Assembly (NCBI GenBank): GCA_947631015.1
Contig: CANRJS010000006.1
Coordinates: forward strand, 10,347-74,346
Reading direction: 5' to 3'
Length of the DNA stretch: 64,000 nucleotides
DNA from: an uncultured Clostridia bacterium
GTDB lineage: Bacteria > Bacillota > Clostridia > Oscillospirales > JAAYOS01
The notes beneath the pieces were generated by a model. The model saw nothing but the letters and a program-made list of their open reading frames with translations, was not told where the DNA came from and made no database searches. Positions 9,880 to 18,310 of the stretch are shown here, piece after piece. The position numbers were made by a program, and so were the translations under genes. Numbering within the stretch: the stretch's first letter is position 1; the number at the start of each line of letters is the position of its first letter.

Positions 9880-10236
9880 ATGCCGAACCGCGATATACCG
9901 GACGAGGCGAGCGCCCTCATAGAACAGACCCGTGAGGCGCTTCCCGCGCCCGAGGCGGTCGAGAGAATGGCGGAGTTTTTCAAGCTGCTCGGCGAGCCGA
10001 CGCGCGTGCGGATACTCGCCGCGCTTGCCGAAGGCGAGCTCTGCGTCAGCGACCTTGCGGCGGCGCTCGGGATGGAGCGGACGGCCGTGAGTCACCAGCT
10101 CCGCATACTCCGCGCGGCGCGGCTCGTGCGCGCCAGACGGGACGGCAAGATGATCTGCTACTCCTTTGACGACGACCATGTGGACGGAATCTTCCGCCTC
10201 GCGCGTGAGCACATCGGCCACACCGAGCACGCCTGA
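9880..10236 (+). CDS. ArsR/SmtB family metalloregulatory repressor (CadC-like)
   Basis: FKLLGEPTRVRILAALAEGELCVSDLAAALGMERTAVSHQLRILRAARLVRARRDGKMICYS. GGAAGGAG RBS before ATG 9880. Confidence 0.85.
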   Translation: MPNRDIPDEASALIEQTREALPAPEAVERMAEFFKLLGEPTRVRILAALAEGELCVSDLAAALGMERTAVSHQLRILRAARLVRARRDGKMICYSFDDDHVDGIFRLAREHIGHTEHA

Positions 10237-10302
10237 GGCACGTTCGGACCCCGCGCGCGCCGGAGCGCGCACCTACACCAGTGATAAAAGTGAGGAGCAA
10301 AT

Positions 10303-12399
10303 ATGGCAAGCGTAAAAGACGCCGCGTCTGCGGCGGAGAAGGATATTTTTACTTCAAAGAGTGAACAAATGCTCATGCGAACGAACGAACACGCGGACGG
10401 TCACGCTCACGAGCACCACGACCACGGCGGCGCGTGCGAGCATTGCCATGATGACGGCTGCTCGTGCGGTCACGACCACGAACACCGGCACGGTCTCGCC
10501 ACACTGTTCAGGGGCCGCTCCTGCTCCTGCTGTGAAGAGGACGGGGACGACTGCTGTGACGGCGACGAGGACGAGGGTCCCGCGTGGGTGCTGTGGGTGA
10601 GGATGGCCGCAGCCGCGGCTCTCGGCGCTGTCGGTATGCTCGTCCCGATGCCGCAGCCCGCGTCGCTCGCGCTCTGCGTGCTCGCGTGGCTCGTCGCGTC
10701 CTATGACCTCGCGATAGGCATGGCTCGCGACATTAGGAAGGGCGAGATTTTCGGCGAGTGTATGCTGATGGTCGTCGCGAGCGTCGGCGCGCTCGCCATC
10801 GGCGAGACGCCGGAGGCGCTCGCCGTTGTGATACTCTACCAGATAGGCGAATGGCTCCAGGACCGCGCGGTCGACCGCTCGCGCTCGAGCATCTCCGCGA
10901 TGCTCGACCTGCGCCCCGAGACCGCGAACCTCCTCGACGCGCGGGGCGAGGTGAAGGTCGTCCCGCCCGAGCAGGTCGCCGTCGGCGATTTGGTACTCGT
11001 CCGCGCGGGCGAGCGCGTCCCGGTGGATGGCAGGGTCGTGAGCGGACGCGCGAGCTTTGACACCTCCTCCCTCACCGGCGAAAGCCTGCCGCTCGCCGCC
11101 GCCGAGGGGAGCGAGCTGCTCGCGGGCTTCATATCGACGGACGGCGCTGTGACGGTCGAGGCTCTGCACCCCGCAAGCGAGTCCGCCGCCGCGCGCCTTG
11201 AGGACCTGCTGCACGAGACAGAAAAGAACCGCGCGCCCACCGAAAGCTTCATACGGAGGTTTGCGAAGATCTACACCCCGGTGGTGATGGGGCTCGCGGT
11301 GCTCGTAGCCGTCGCAGGCGGCGTTGCCTCGGGAGACGCAAAAGAATGGATAAACCGCGCGCTCACCTTCCTTGTCGCCAGCTGTCCGTGCGCGCTGGTG
11401 CTGTCGATACCGCTCGGCTTCTTCGGCGGCATAGGCGGCGCGGCGAAGCGTGGCATAATGGTCAAGGGCGGCGCGGCGCTCGAGACGCTTGCGGACCGCT
11501 CGCTCTCGGTGGTATTCGACAAGACCGGCACCCTCACCGAGGGAAAATTCGAGGTGCGGGACGTCCTCCCCGAGGACGGTGTGACACGCGAGGAGCTTCT
11601 CCGCGCCGCCGCCTCTGCGGAGAGCCGTTCGGCACACCCGCTCGCGGCGGCGATAGTCGCCGCCGCAGGCGAAGTCCCACCGGCAAAGGATGTCTCCGAG
11701 CTCGCGGGCCTCGGCCTCATAGCCGAGACAGACGTCGGCACGGTCGCCGCCGGCAACGCCGCGCTGATGGAGCGCGCCGGCGTGGACGCGGCGCGGCTCA
11801 CCGAGACCGGCGCGACCGCCGTCCACGTCGCGCGGGACGGAAAGTACCTCGGCGTGATACTCCTCGGCGACCGTCCGAAGGACGGCGCGGCGGACGCGAT
11901 AGCGGCGCTGCGCGGCCTCGGAGTGAAGAACATAACAATGCTCACCGGCGACGCGGAGGCTGCCGCGCGCACGGCCGCGGAACAGCTCGGCATAACGTCG
12001 GTATGCGCGGGTCTCCTGCCGGAGGGCAAGGTCGCGGAGGTGGAAAAGCTCCGCAGCCGCGGCGGGAAGGTGCTGTTCGTCGGGGACGGCCTCAACGACG
12101 CGCCGGTGCTCGCGGCGGCGGACGTCTCGATAGCCATGGCGAACGGCGGGAACCGCATAAGCGTCGAGGCGGCGAACGCCGTCATCATGAGCGGCTCGCC
12201 CGCGCGCGTCACCGACGCTGTCTGCGTCGGGCGGCGCACCGTGGGCATCGTGAGAGAGAACACCGCGTTCGCGCTCGCGGCAAAGGGCGTCGTGCTTATT
12301 CTCGCGGCGCTGGGGCTTGCGCCGATGTGGGCGGCGGTGTTCGCGGACGTGGGCGTCTGCCTGCTCGCGGTGCTCAACGCCCTCCGGGCGCTGAAGTGA
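10303..12399 (+). CDS. heavy-metal translocating P1B-type ATPase (Cd/Zn/Co-type) with His/Cys/Asp-rich N-terminus
   Basis: SCPCALVLS (CPC), DKTGTLTEGKF, GDGLNDAPVLAAADV. The N-terminus is HADGHAHEHHDHGGACEHCHDDGCSCGHDHEHRHG...CSCCEEDGDDCCDGDEDEG. GAGGAG RBS. Confidence 0.9.
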   Translation: MASVKDAASAAEKDIFTSKSEQMLMRTNEHADGHAHEHHDHGGACEHCHDDGCSCGHDHEHRHGLATLFRGRSCSCCEEDGDDCCDGDEDEGPAWVLWVRMAAAAALGAVGMLVPMPQPASLALCVLAWLVASYDLAIGMARDIRKGEIFGECMLMVVASVGALAIGETPEALAVVILYQIGEWLQDRAVDRSRSSISAMLDLRPETANLLDARGEVKVVPPEQVAVGDLVLVRAGERVPVDGRVVSGRASFDTSSLTGESLPLAAAEGSELLAGFISTDGAVTVEALHPASESAAARLEDLLHETEKNRAPTESFIRRFAKIYTPVVMGLAVLVAVAGGVASGDAKEWINRALTFLVASCPCALVLSIPLGFFGGIGGAAKRGIMVKGGAALETLADRSLSVVFDKTGTLTEGKFEVRDVLPEDGVTREELLRAAASAESRSAHPLAAAIVAAAGEVPPAKDVSELAGLGLIAETDVGTVAAGNAALMERAGVDAARLTETGATAVHVARDGKYLGVILLGDRPKDGAADAIAALRGLGVKNITMLTGDAEAAARTAAEQLGITSVCAGLLPEGKVAEVEKLRSRGGKVLFVGDGLNDAPVLAAADVSIAMANGGNRISVEAANAVIMSGSPARVTDAVCVGRRTVGIVRENTAFALAAKGVVLILAALGLAPMWAAVFADVGVCLLAVLNALRALK

Positions 12400-12416
12400 A
12401 AAATTTCGCGGGAAAT

Positions 12417-12797
12417 CACGCGGGCTTCGCCCGCGACCTGTTTCCCGCGAGACCGTCGGACAGAGCGGAGCTCTGCCGACGGCAAGCGCTACGCTACGCA
12501 ATTCCCACGCGGTCGGTGACCGCGTGGGAGCCCTTCCGATTGAAATACTTCCCCCAAAGCGGCGTTTCACGCCGTTTGGGGACCCCTTTGGATTTGACAT
12601 GCTCGGGACGAGTGAATCGCCCCTGCGCGAAGTTGTCGGCAGAGCCGCCAACTTCCACCGCGCGAACAGGCGCGGTTGCCGCCTGCGGTGGAAAATCGAC
12701 GCACGCTGCGCGAGATGGGTTTTTCCCGACGTACACGCCACCGGAAAAAACAAATTGAACTTATTTCGCGCCTTCCGGCGCGAAACTCTACGAGGTT
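12417..12797 (+). repeat. mosaic hairpin repeat, copy B (longest: modules a-b-c-d-e-f-g-h)
   Basis: Contains every module seen in the other copies, in the same order. At least 8 consecutive short stem-loops. Confidence 0.85.
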
Positions 12798-12810
12798 TTC
12801 GAGAAGCTGT

Positions 12811-12843
12811 GAGCGGCACACTATGCTGTGCCGCTCAAATTTT
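12811..12843 (+). terminator. intrinsic terminator
   Basis: gagcggcacactatgctgtgccgctc followed by aaatttt. Confidence 0.6.
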
Positions 12844-13029
12844 GTCCTTAGATTTTCCTCCGGAAGAAAGCTCAAATTTCCCCTTGTAATTTCCGGCAGG
12901 CGTGGTATAATTTTATTTACGGCGTGCGTGAACATTTTGCACGGAACGCCGTCACGGGTCTGTCGCCCGAAATTGCACATATAACGGCGGACGCGGCGGG
13001 ACGCCCGCCCGCACACGGAGGACATTTTC

Positions 13030-14007
13030 ATGCCTGATATGCTTGTACCGATACTTTTGTTCATCGTCGGCCTTGTCGCGCTTATCAAGGGCGGGGACTG
13101 GTTTGTGGACGGAGCGAGCGGCATCGCGCGGCGGTTCCGCCTGTCCGAGCTGCTTATCGGCGCGACCGTCGTCAGCATCGGCACGACCCTTCCGGAGGTC
13201 ATGGTCTCCACCACCTCCGCCCTCGGCGGCCACGGCGAAATCGCCTACGGCAACGCCATCGGCTCGGTGATATGCAACACCTCCCTTATAGCGGCGATAA
13301 CTATTTCCGTCCGCCCCGGAAAGGTCGACTCGAAGTCGCTCCGCCTGCCTGTCTGCTTCTTCTTTATCGCCGCCGTCTTTTACGCCGTCATAAGCTACAC
13401 GACGGGCAGGTTCGAGCGTCCGATGGGCATAGCGCTCCTCGCGGGGTTTGTCGTGTACATCGTCATCTCGGCCGTGAACATGCGCTCCGGGGACGCCTCG
13501 GAGACGTCGGAGCCGCCGGAGGAGATAAAGCAGAGCCCTTTCTGGAAGGACATCCTCATGCTTGTTTTGGGCGCGGCGCTGATAGCCGTCGGCGCGCGTC
13601 TGCTCGTCGACAACGGAACGAAGATAGCCGAGTGGCTCGGCGTGCCCGAGTCTGTGATAGGACTCACGTTCGTCGCGCTCGGCACCTCGCTTCCGGAGCT
13701 CGTCACCGCGATAACGGCGCTCGCGAAGGGCCACAGCGCGCTGTCGCTCGGAAACGTCGTCGGCGCGAACCTCTTCAACCTCGTGCTCGTGAGCGGCACT
13801 TCGATAGCGCTCGCGCCGTTCAATATTCCGGAAAACTCGATAATCATGGGCCACAACGCCTCGCTCGTGCTCGACCTGCCGGTGATGTTTGCCGTCATGC
13901 TGCTCCTCACCGTTCCGGCGCTCACGAAGGGAAAGCTCTACCGCGCGCAGGGTATAGCGCTGCTCGCGATATACGCCGCGTTCTGCGTGATACAGTTCGC
14001 GATGTAG
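13030..14007 (+). CDS. calcium/sodium antiporter (CaCA family, YrbG-like)
   Basis: Two alpha-repeats: GGDWFVDGASGIARRFRLSELLIGATVVSIGTTLPE and GLTFVALGTSLPELVTAI. GGAGGA RBS. Confidence 0.85.
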   Translation: MPDMLVPILLFIVGLVALIKGGDWFVDGASGIARRFRLSELLIGATVVSIGTTLPEVMVSTTSALGGHGEIAYGNAIGSVICNTSLIAAITISVRPGKVDSKSLRLPVCFFFIAAVFYAVISYTTGRFERPMGIALLAGFVVYIVISAVNMRSGDASETSEPPEEIKQSPFWKDILMLVLGAALIAVGARLLVDNGTKIAEWLGVPESVIGLTFVALGTSLPELVTAITALAKGHSALSLGNVVGANLFNLVLVSGTSIALAPFNIPENSIIMGHNASLVLDLPVMFAVMLLLTVPALTKGKLYRAQGIALLAIYAAFCVIQFAM

Positions 14008-14138
14008 TACGCTCTGCGCCCGCAGTCTGCGGGCGCAAATTTATTCGCAAACTTCCCGCGGCGCTCTTTACTTTTATGGGAAAATGCGCTATAATTATCA
14101 TTGTACGCAACTAACCGCGATTTTTGGAGGAGATACCC

Positions 14139-15113
14139 ATGAAGTACATCGATTTGCATTGCGATACGCTCTCCCGTCTTCTGATGAGCGGCGAAGGTCT
14201 CGCCTCGAACAGCTGCCAGATAGACCTCGACAAGCTCGAGAAGGGCGGCTGCGGCGCGCAGTTCTTCGCCATGTTCATGCCCGTCCCGCGCGTGGAGGAT
14301 CCGTATGCCCGCTGCCTCGACATGCTCGCGAACGGCGAGAAGGAGTTCGCCGCGAACGCCGACCGCATCACGCTCTGCCGCAATTACTCCGACCTCGAAC
14401 GCGCGAACGCCGAGGGGAAGATAGGCGCGTTCCTCACGGTTGAGGACAGCGGCATCTTCGGGTGCGACATCGACAAGATGCGCGCGCTCTATGAGCGCGG
14501 GCTACGCCTTGTCACCATCACGTGGAACTTCAAGAACGCCGCGGGTTCGCCGAACATCACCCCCGAGTTCTCCGCCGAGGGGCTCACGCCCCACGGAATA
14601 GAGATGGTCGAGGAGATGGAGCGCCTCGGCATCATCCCGGACGCTAGCCACCTCTCGGACGGCGGCTTCTGGTCGCTCGTCGAGAACTGCAAAAAGCCGT
14701 TCGTCGCTTCGCACTCCTGCGCGCGGAGCATCGCGAACGTCACCCGCAACCTCACCGACGAGATGCTGAAGGCGCTCGCGAACAAGGGCGGCGTCGCCGG
14801 CATCAACTACCTCGACCACTTTGTCGCGCCGCGCGGCGGCGATATGTTCAACCAGAACCAGGACGAGGGCAACGATTGCACGCTCGAAGACCTCGCGAGC
14901 CACGCCGTCCACATGATAGACGTCGCGGGTGAGGACGTCGTCGCCCTCGGAAGCGACTTCGACGGCATCAGCGGCTGGCCGAAGGGTCTCGACAACGCAG
15001 GCTGCGTCCCGCTCGTGGCGGACGCGCTGAAGAAGGCGGGCATCCCGGAGCGCGTCGTGGAGAAGATATTCTACACGAACGCCGCCCGCGTCATCAAGGA
15101 TTGCATGGGCTGA
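14139..15113 (+). CDS. membrane dipeptidase (peptidase family M19)
   Basis: MKYIDLHCDTL..., ITWNFKNAAG, DASHLSD and ASHSCARS are M19-like. GGAGGAG RBS before ATG 14139. Confidence 0.8.
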   Translation: MKYIDLHCDTLSRLLMSGEGLASNSCQIDLDKLEKGGCGAQFFAMFMPVPRVEDPYARCLDMLANGEKEFAANADRITLCRNYSDLERANAEGKIGAFLTVEDSGIFGCDIDKMRALYERGLRLVTITWNFKNAAGSPNITPEFSAEGLTPHGIEMVEEMERLGIIPDASHLSDGGFWSLVENCKKPFVASHSCARSIANVTRNLTDEMLKALANKGGVAGINYLDHFVAPRGGDMFNQNQDEGNDCTLEDLASHAVHMIDVAGEDVVALGSDFDGISGWPKGLDNAGCVPLVADALKKAGIPERVVEKIFYTNAARVIKDCMG

Positions 15114-15155
15114 GCCCTGTGATACGCAAAACATCTTTGCACGGAGGTAAAAATT

Positions 15156-15410
15156 ATGACTGTTTATACACCCACCGGAGTCTGCTCGCGCGAGATACAC
15201 GTCGAGCTTGACGGCGACAAGATCGCTTCCGTCGAGGTCATCGGCGGCTGCAACGGCAACCTCAAGGGCATCAGCCGTCTGCTGAAGGGCATGGACGCGC
15301 GGGACGCCATCGAGCGTATGCGCGGCACCACCTGCGGCATGAAGTCCACGAGCTGCCCCGACCAGATAAGCTACGCGATAGAACAGGCGCTTGCCGAAGC
15401 CGGCAAGTAA
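15156..15410 (+). CDS. TIGR03905-type TSCPD-domain small protein
   Basis: GVCSREIHVELDGDKIASVEVIGGCNGNLKGISRLLKGMDARDAIERMRGTTCGMKSTSCPDQ. Confidence 0.7.
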   Translation: MTVYTPTGVCSREIHVELDGDKIASVEVIGGCNGNLKGISRLLKGMDARDAIERMRGTTCGMKSTSCPDQISYAIEQALAEAGK

Positions 15411-15416
15411 GGACGT

Positions 15417-15980
15417 ATGCTTCGTCCTCTCGAAAGAGACAGGTTCCGCGAGCTCTACCGCTGCCACATCGACCGCGACTTCCCGGCGGATGAGCGTCCT
15501 CCTGAGAGGATGTTCGCGGACGGGCTCGACCGGGGTCTCTACACCGGATACATATACGTCGAAGACGATGAGGAACGCGGCTACGCGTTCCTCATCGAGC
15601 GCTCGGGCGCGGTGATGCTCTTTCTCTTTGCCGTCTACGACGGGTACAGGGGTCGGGGCGTCGGGACGCGGTTCATGCGCGAGCTTCTGGAAATGATACG
15701 CGGCAGACGCTGTATCGTCCTCGAAGCAGAGCGGCCGGAGACCGCCGAAAACGCGGAGGAACGAACCGTCCGAGAGAAGCGGATAGGCTTCTACGAGCGC
15801 CTCGGCTACACGGCGTACCGCGAGATAGACTACGAGGTCTACCACGTCCCGATGTGGCTGATGGTGCACCCCCTTGGGAATCTGCTCCCGCCCGCGCGCA
15901 AAGTCGCGGACGCGATGCGCGGGTTCTACTCCTACGCGAAGGGACTTCCGCTCCGCACGAGCCTCTTTCGGGAAGAATAG
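15417..15980 (+). CDS. GNAT family N-acetyltransferase
   Basis: FAVYDGYRGRGVGTRFMRELLEMI is an acetyl-CoA-binding motif A of the R/Q-x-x-G-x-G/A type. Confidence 0.7.
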   Translation: MLRPLERDRFRELYRCHIDRDFPADERPPERMFADGLDRGLYTGYIYVEDDEERGYAFLIERSGAVMLFLFAVYDGYRGRGVGTRFMRELLEMIRGRRCIVLEAERPETAENAEERTVREKRIGFYERLGYTAYREIDYEVYHVPMWLMVHPLGNLLPPARKVADAMRGFYSYAKGLPLRTSLFREE

Positions 15981-16047
15981 AGCCGGCGCTGCTTGCGAAG
16001 AACGGCGCGAAAAAATCCGGAGCTCGCTTTATGGTGATATGGTAAGA

Positions 16048-16080
16048 AGATGGCAGCCACGAAAGTGGCTGCCATCTTTT
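16048..16080 (+). terminator. intrinsic terminator
   Basis: aagatggcagccacgaaagtggctgccatctttt. Confidence 0.7.
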
Positions 16081-16427
16081 GTGCTGTAATGAGGAGAGGC
16101 AGGAGCGGGGATTTATGCCGCAAAAGCCCCTGACGCAGCGACACGGAATACCCCCGTGCCGGGGTAACGGCGTATGCTGTTTCCCTGCCTCCCCGGCGAG
16201 GGGCAAGGGGAGGATCTCCCTTGCGGGTCCGGGCGGAGCCCGGGTCGCCGCCAAATACAGCCCGCTCTCACGGAAAATAGCGAATAGCCGAAACGGAAGC
16301 GGATGCAGCCCGCAACTGTTTGTTAAATATTACCAATTTACAAAGCAGTCCGAGATATGTATAATATACTGGGTACAGCAGAACCGAAAACTGTATCGGA
16401 TATAAAAATTAATAGGAGGATTTACAG

Positions 16428-18170
16428 ATGAAGAGAGCACTTACCTTTCTCCTCGCCGTGCTCATGATGGCCGGGCTTCTTGCCGGCTGCGGAAACGGAG
16501 GAGAAAACCCGAGCGCTTCCACGTCGACCGAGCCGTCGGCAGATCCGAGCTACGCGGCGCCGACCTCGACCGAGCCGGGAGACACCGAGATCGAACTCCC
16601 CCTCACCACGGACGAGGTGTCCTTTGACTACTGGGTTCCCAACAGCGCTTCGTTCGAGGACTACACGAGCTTCGACGACAACCTGTTCTATCAGTGGATG
16701 GAGGATCAGACCGGCGTTCACCTCAATTTCATCCACCCGAGCGTCGGCAGCGAGAACGAGGCCTTCTCGGCCATGATACTGTCTCGCGAATATCCGGACT
16801 TTATCAGCTTCTTCTCCAGCTATTACAGCGGCGGAGTTGACAAGGCGATAAACGACGGTGTTCTGCGCCGCCTCAACGAGCTGGTCGACCGGTACATGCC
16901 GAACTACAAGGCTACCGTCTACCGTGACGAGGATACCTTCATCCGCGCCATCTCGGACAGCGGCAACCTGTGGGGCGTGCATCACATCGTCGACTACGCC
17001 CAAGGCGCCTGGCTCGGACTCGGTGTACGCAGCGACTGGCTAGACAAGGCCGGTCTGACCATCGAGGATGCTTCGACCATCGACGGTATGGAGCGTGTTC
17101 TGACCGCGTTTAAGGATTATACCTACGGCAACCAGGGCGCGCTCTTCCTGTCCAACGGCGGTCTTAACGTCGGCGGCAGTATCTGCGGCTCGTACGGCAC
17201 CGGTTCGGTGCTCAGCGGCGGCTCTCGCATCCTGAACGTCGACGGCAAGGCGACCTACTCGCCGATGCAGCCCGGCTTCAAGGACTACGTTGCCAAGATG
17301 GCCGACTGGTACGCCAAGGGACTTATCAACACCAACTACATTGCCGACGCGAGCAGCTATGCCGCCGAGGATCGTTGGATAAACAGCGACATCGGACTTG
17401 CCGAGTTCGTCTACACCATGGCTGCGAACTTCGCGGACATTGCCGCGACAAGCGAGCTGTATCCGCAGCCCGACTTCCACATCTCGGCGCTTGCGACTCC
17501 GAAGCTGACCGCCGATATGGACGTTTCAAAGGACGTTCACATCCGTCAGACCCAGGAGCTTGTACGCACCAACTACTCGATGGGCATCACCACCGGCTGC
17601 ACCGACGATGAGATCGAGATTGCGTGCCGCTACTGGGACTATGTGTTCAGCCCGGACGGCGTCACCGCCTCCAACTGGGGCCCGTACGAGGGTGAGATGG
17701 GCGATGTGAACGCCACCTACTATGTCGACGAGACCGACGCCAACGGCGACGGACACATCGAGTGCTATCAGCCGTGGATGATGGAGAAGTACGGCAACGT
17801 CACCAACATCCAGTACAAGGTCGCCGCCTACATGGGACCGTCCTACTGCATCTGGAGCCGCGAGTGGTGCGCGCTGAGTGAGGAAGAGATCAACTACACC
17901 AAGATTTGGGACACCGCCGGAAACGACTGGATGTGGCCGGGCGGAGTTACCCTGACCGCCGACGAGGGCGCAGAGGCTTCTGGCATCCTGAGCGGCTGCA
18001 ACACCGCCGTCACCGAGTGGACCGCGCTGGTCATAACCGGACAGAAGTCGGCCGACACCTACGAGACCGAGCTTGTCCCGCAGCTTGAGTCGCTGAACAT
18101 CGCCCGCGCGGAAGAGTTGTATCAGAACGCTCTCGACCGCTATATGCAGCGTTCGCAGTACCTCCGGTAA
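16428..18170 (+). CDS. large extracellular solute-binding lipoprotein (ABC sugar-uptake type), no permease genes adjacent
   Basis: Lipobox LLAGCGNGG after a signal peptide; 580 aa. TAGGAGGA RBS. Promoter TTACAA-16-TATAAT at 16338-16365. Confidence 0.8.
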   Translation: MKRALTFLLAVLMMAGLLAGCGNGGENPSASTSTEPSADPSYAAPTSTEPGDTEIELPLTTDEVSFDYWVPNSASFEDYTSFDDNLFYQWMEDQTGVHLNFIHPSVGSENEAFSAMILSREYPDFISFFSSYYSGGVDKAINDGVLRRLNELVDRYMPNYKATVYRDEDTFIRAISDSGNLWGVHHIVDYAQGAWLGLGVRSDWLDKAGLTIEDASTIDGMERVLTAFKDYTYGNQGALFLSNGGLNVGGSICGSYGTGSVLSGGSRILNVDGKATYSPMQPGFKDYVAKMADWYAKGLINTNYIADASSYAAEDRWINSDIGLAEFVYTMAANFADIAATSELYPQPDFHISALATPKLTADMDVSKDVHIRQTQELVRTNYSMGITTGCTDDEIEIACRYWDYVFSPDGVTASNWGPYEGEMGDVNATYYVDETDANGDGHIECYQPWMMEKYGNVTNIQYKVAAYMGPSYCIWSREWCALSEEEINYTKIWDTAGNDWMWPGGVTLTADEGAEASGILSGCNTAVTEWTALVITGQKSADTYETELVPQLESLNIARAEELYQNALDRYMQRSQYLR

Positions 18171-18310
18171 GAAGTTCGTAAACAGGGTCAAATTAAAGGA
18201 CGACACCCGAAAGGGTGTCGTCCTTTTGAGTCTCTCAAAAAAGTCCTGACGAACGTTTTTGACAGGCCGAAATCGGGCGCTCACCAAAGTGAGCGCCCGA
18301 TTTACGCATT

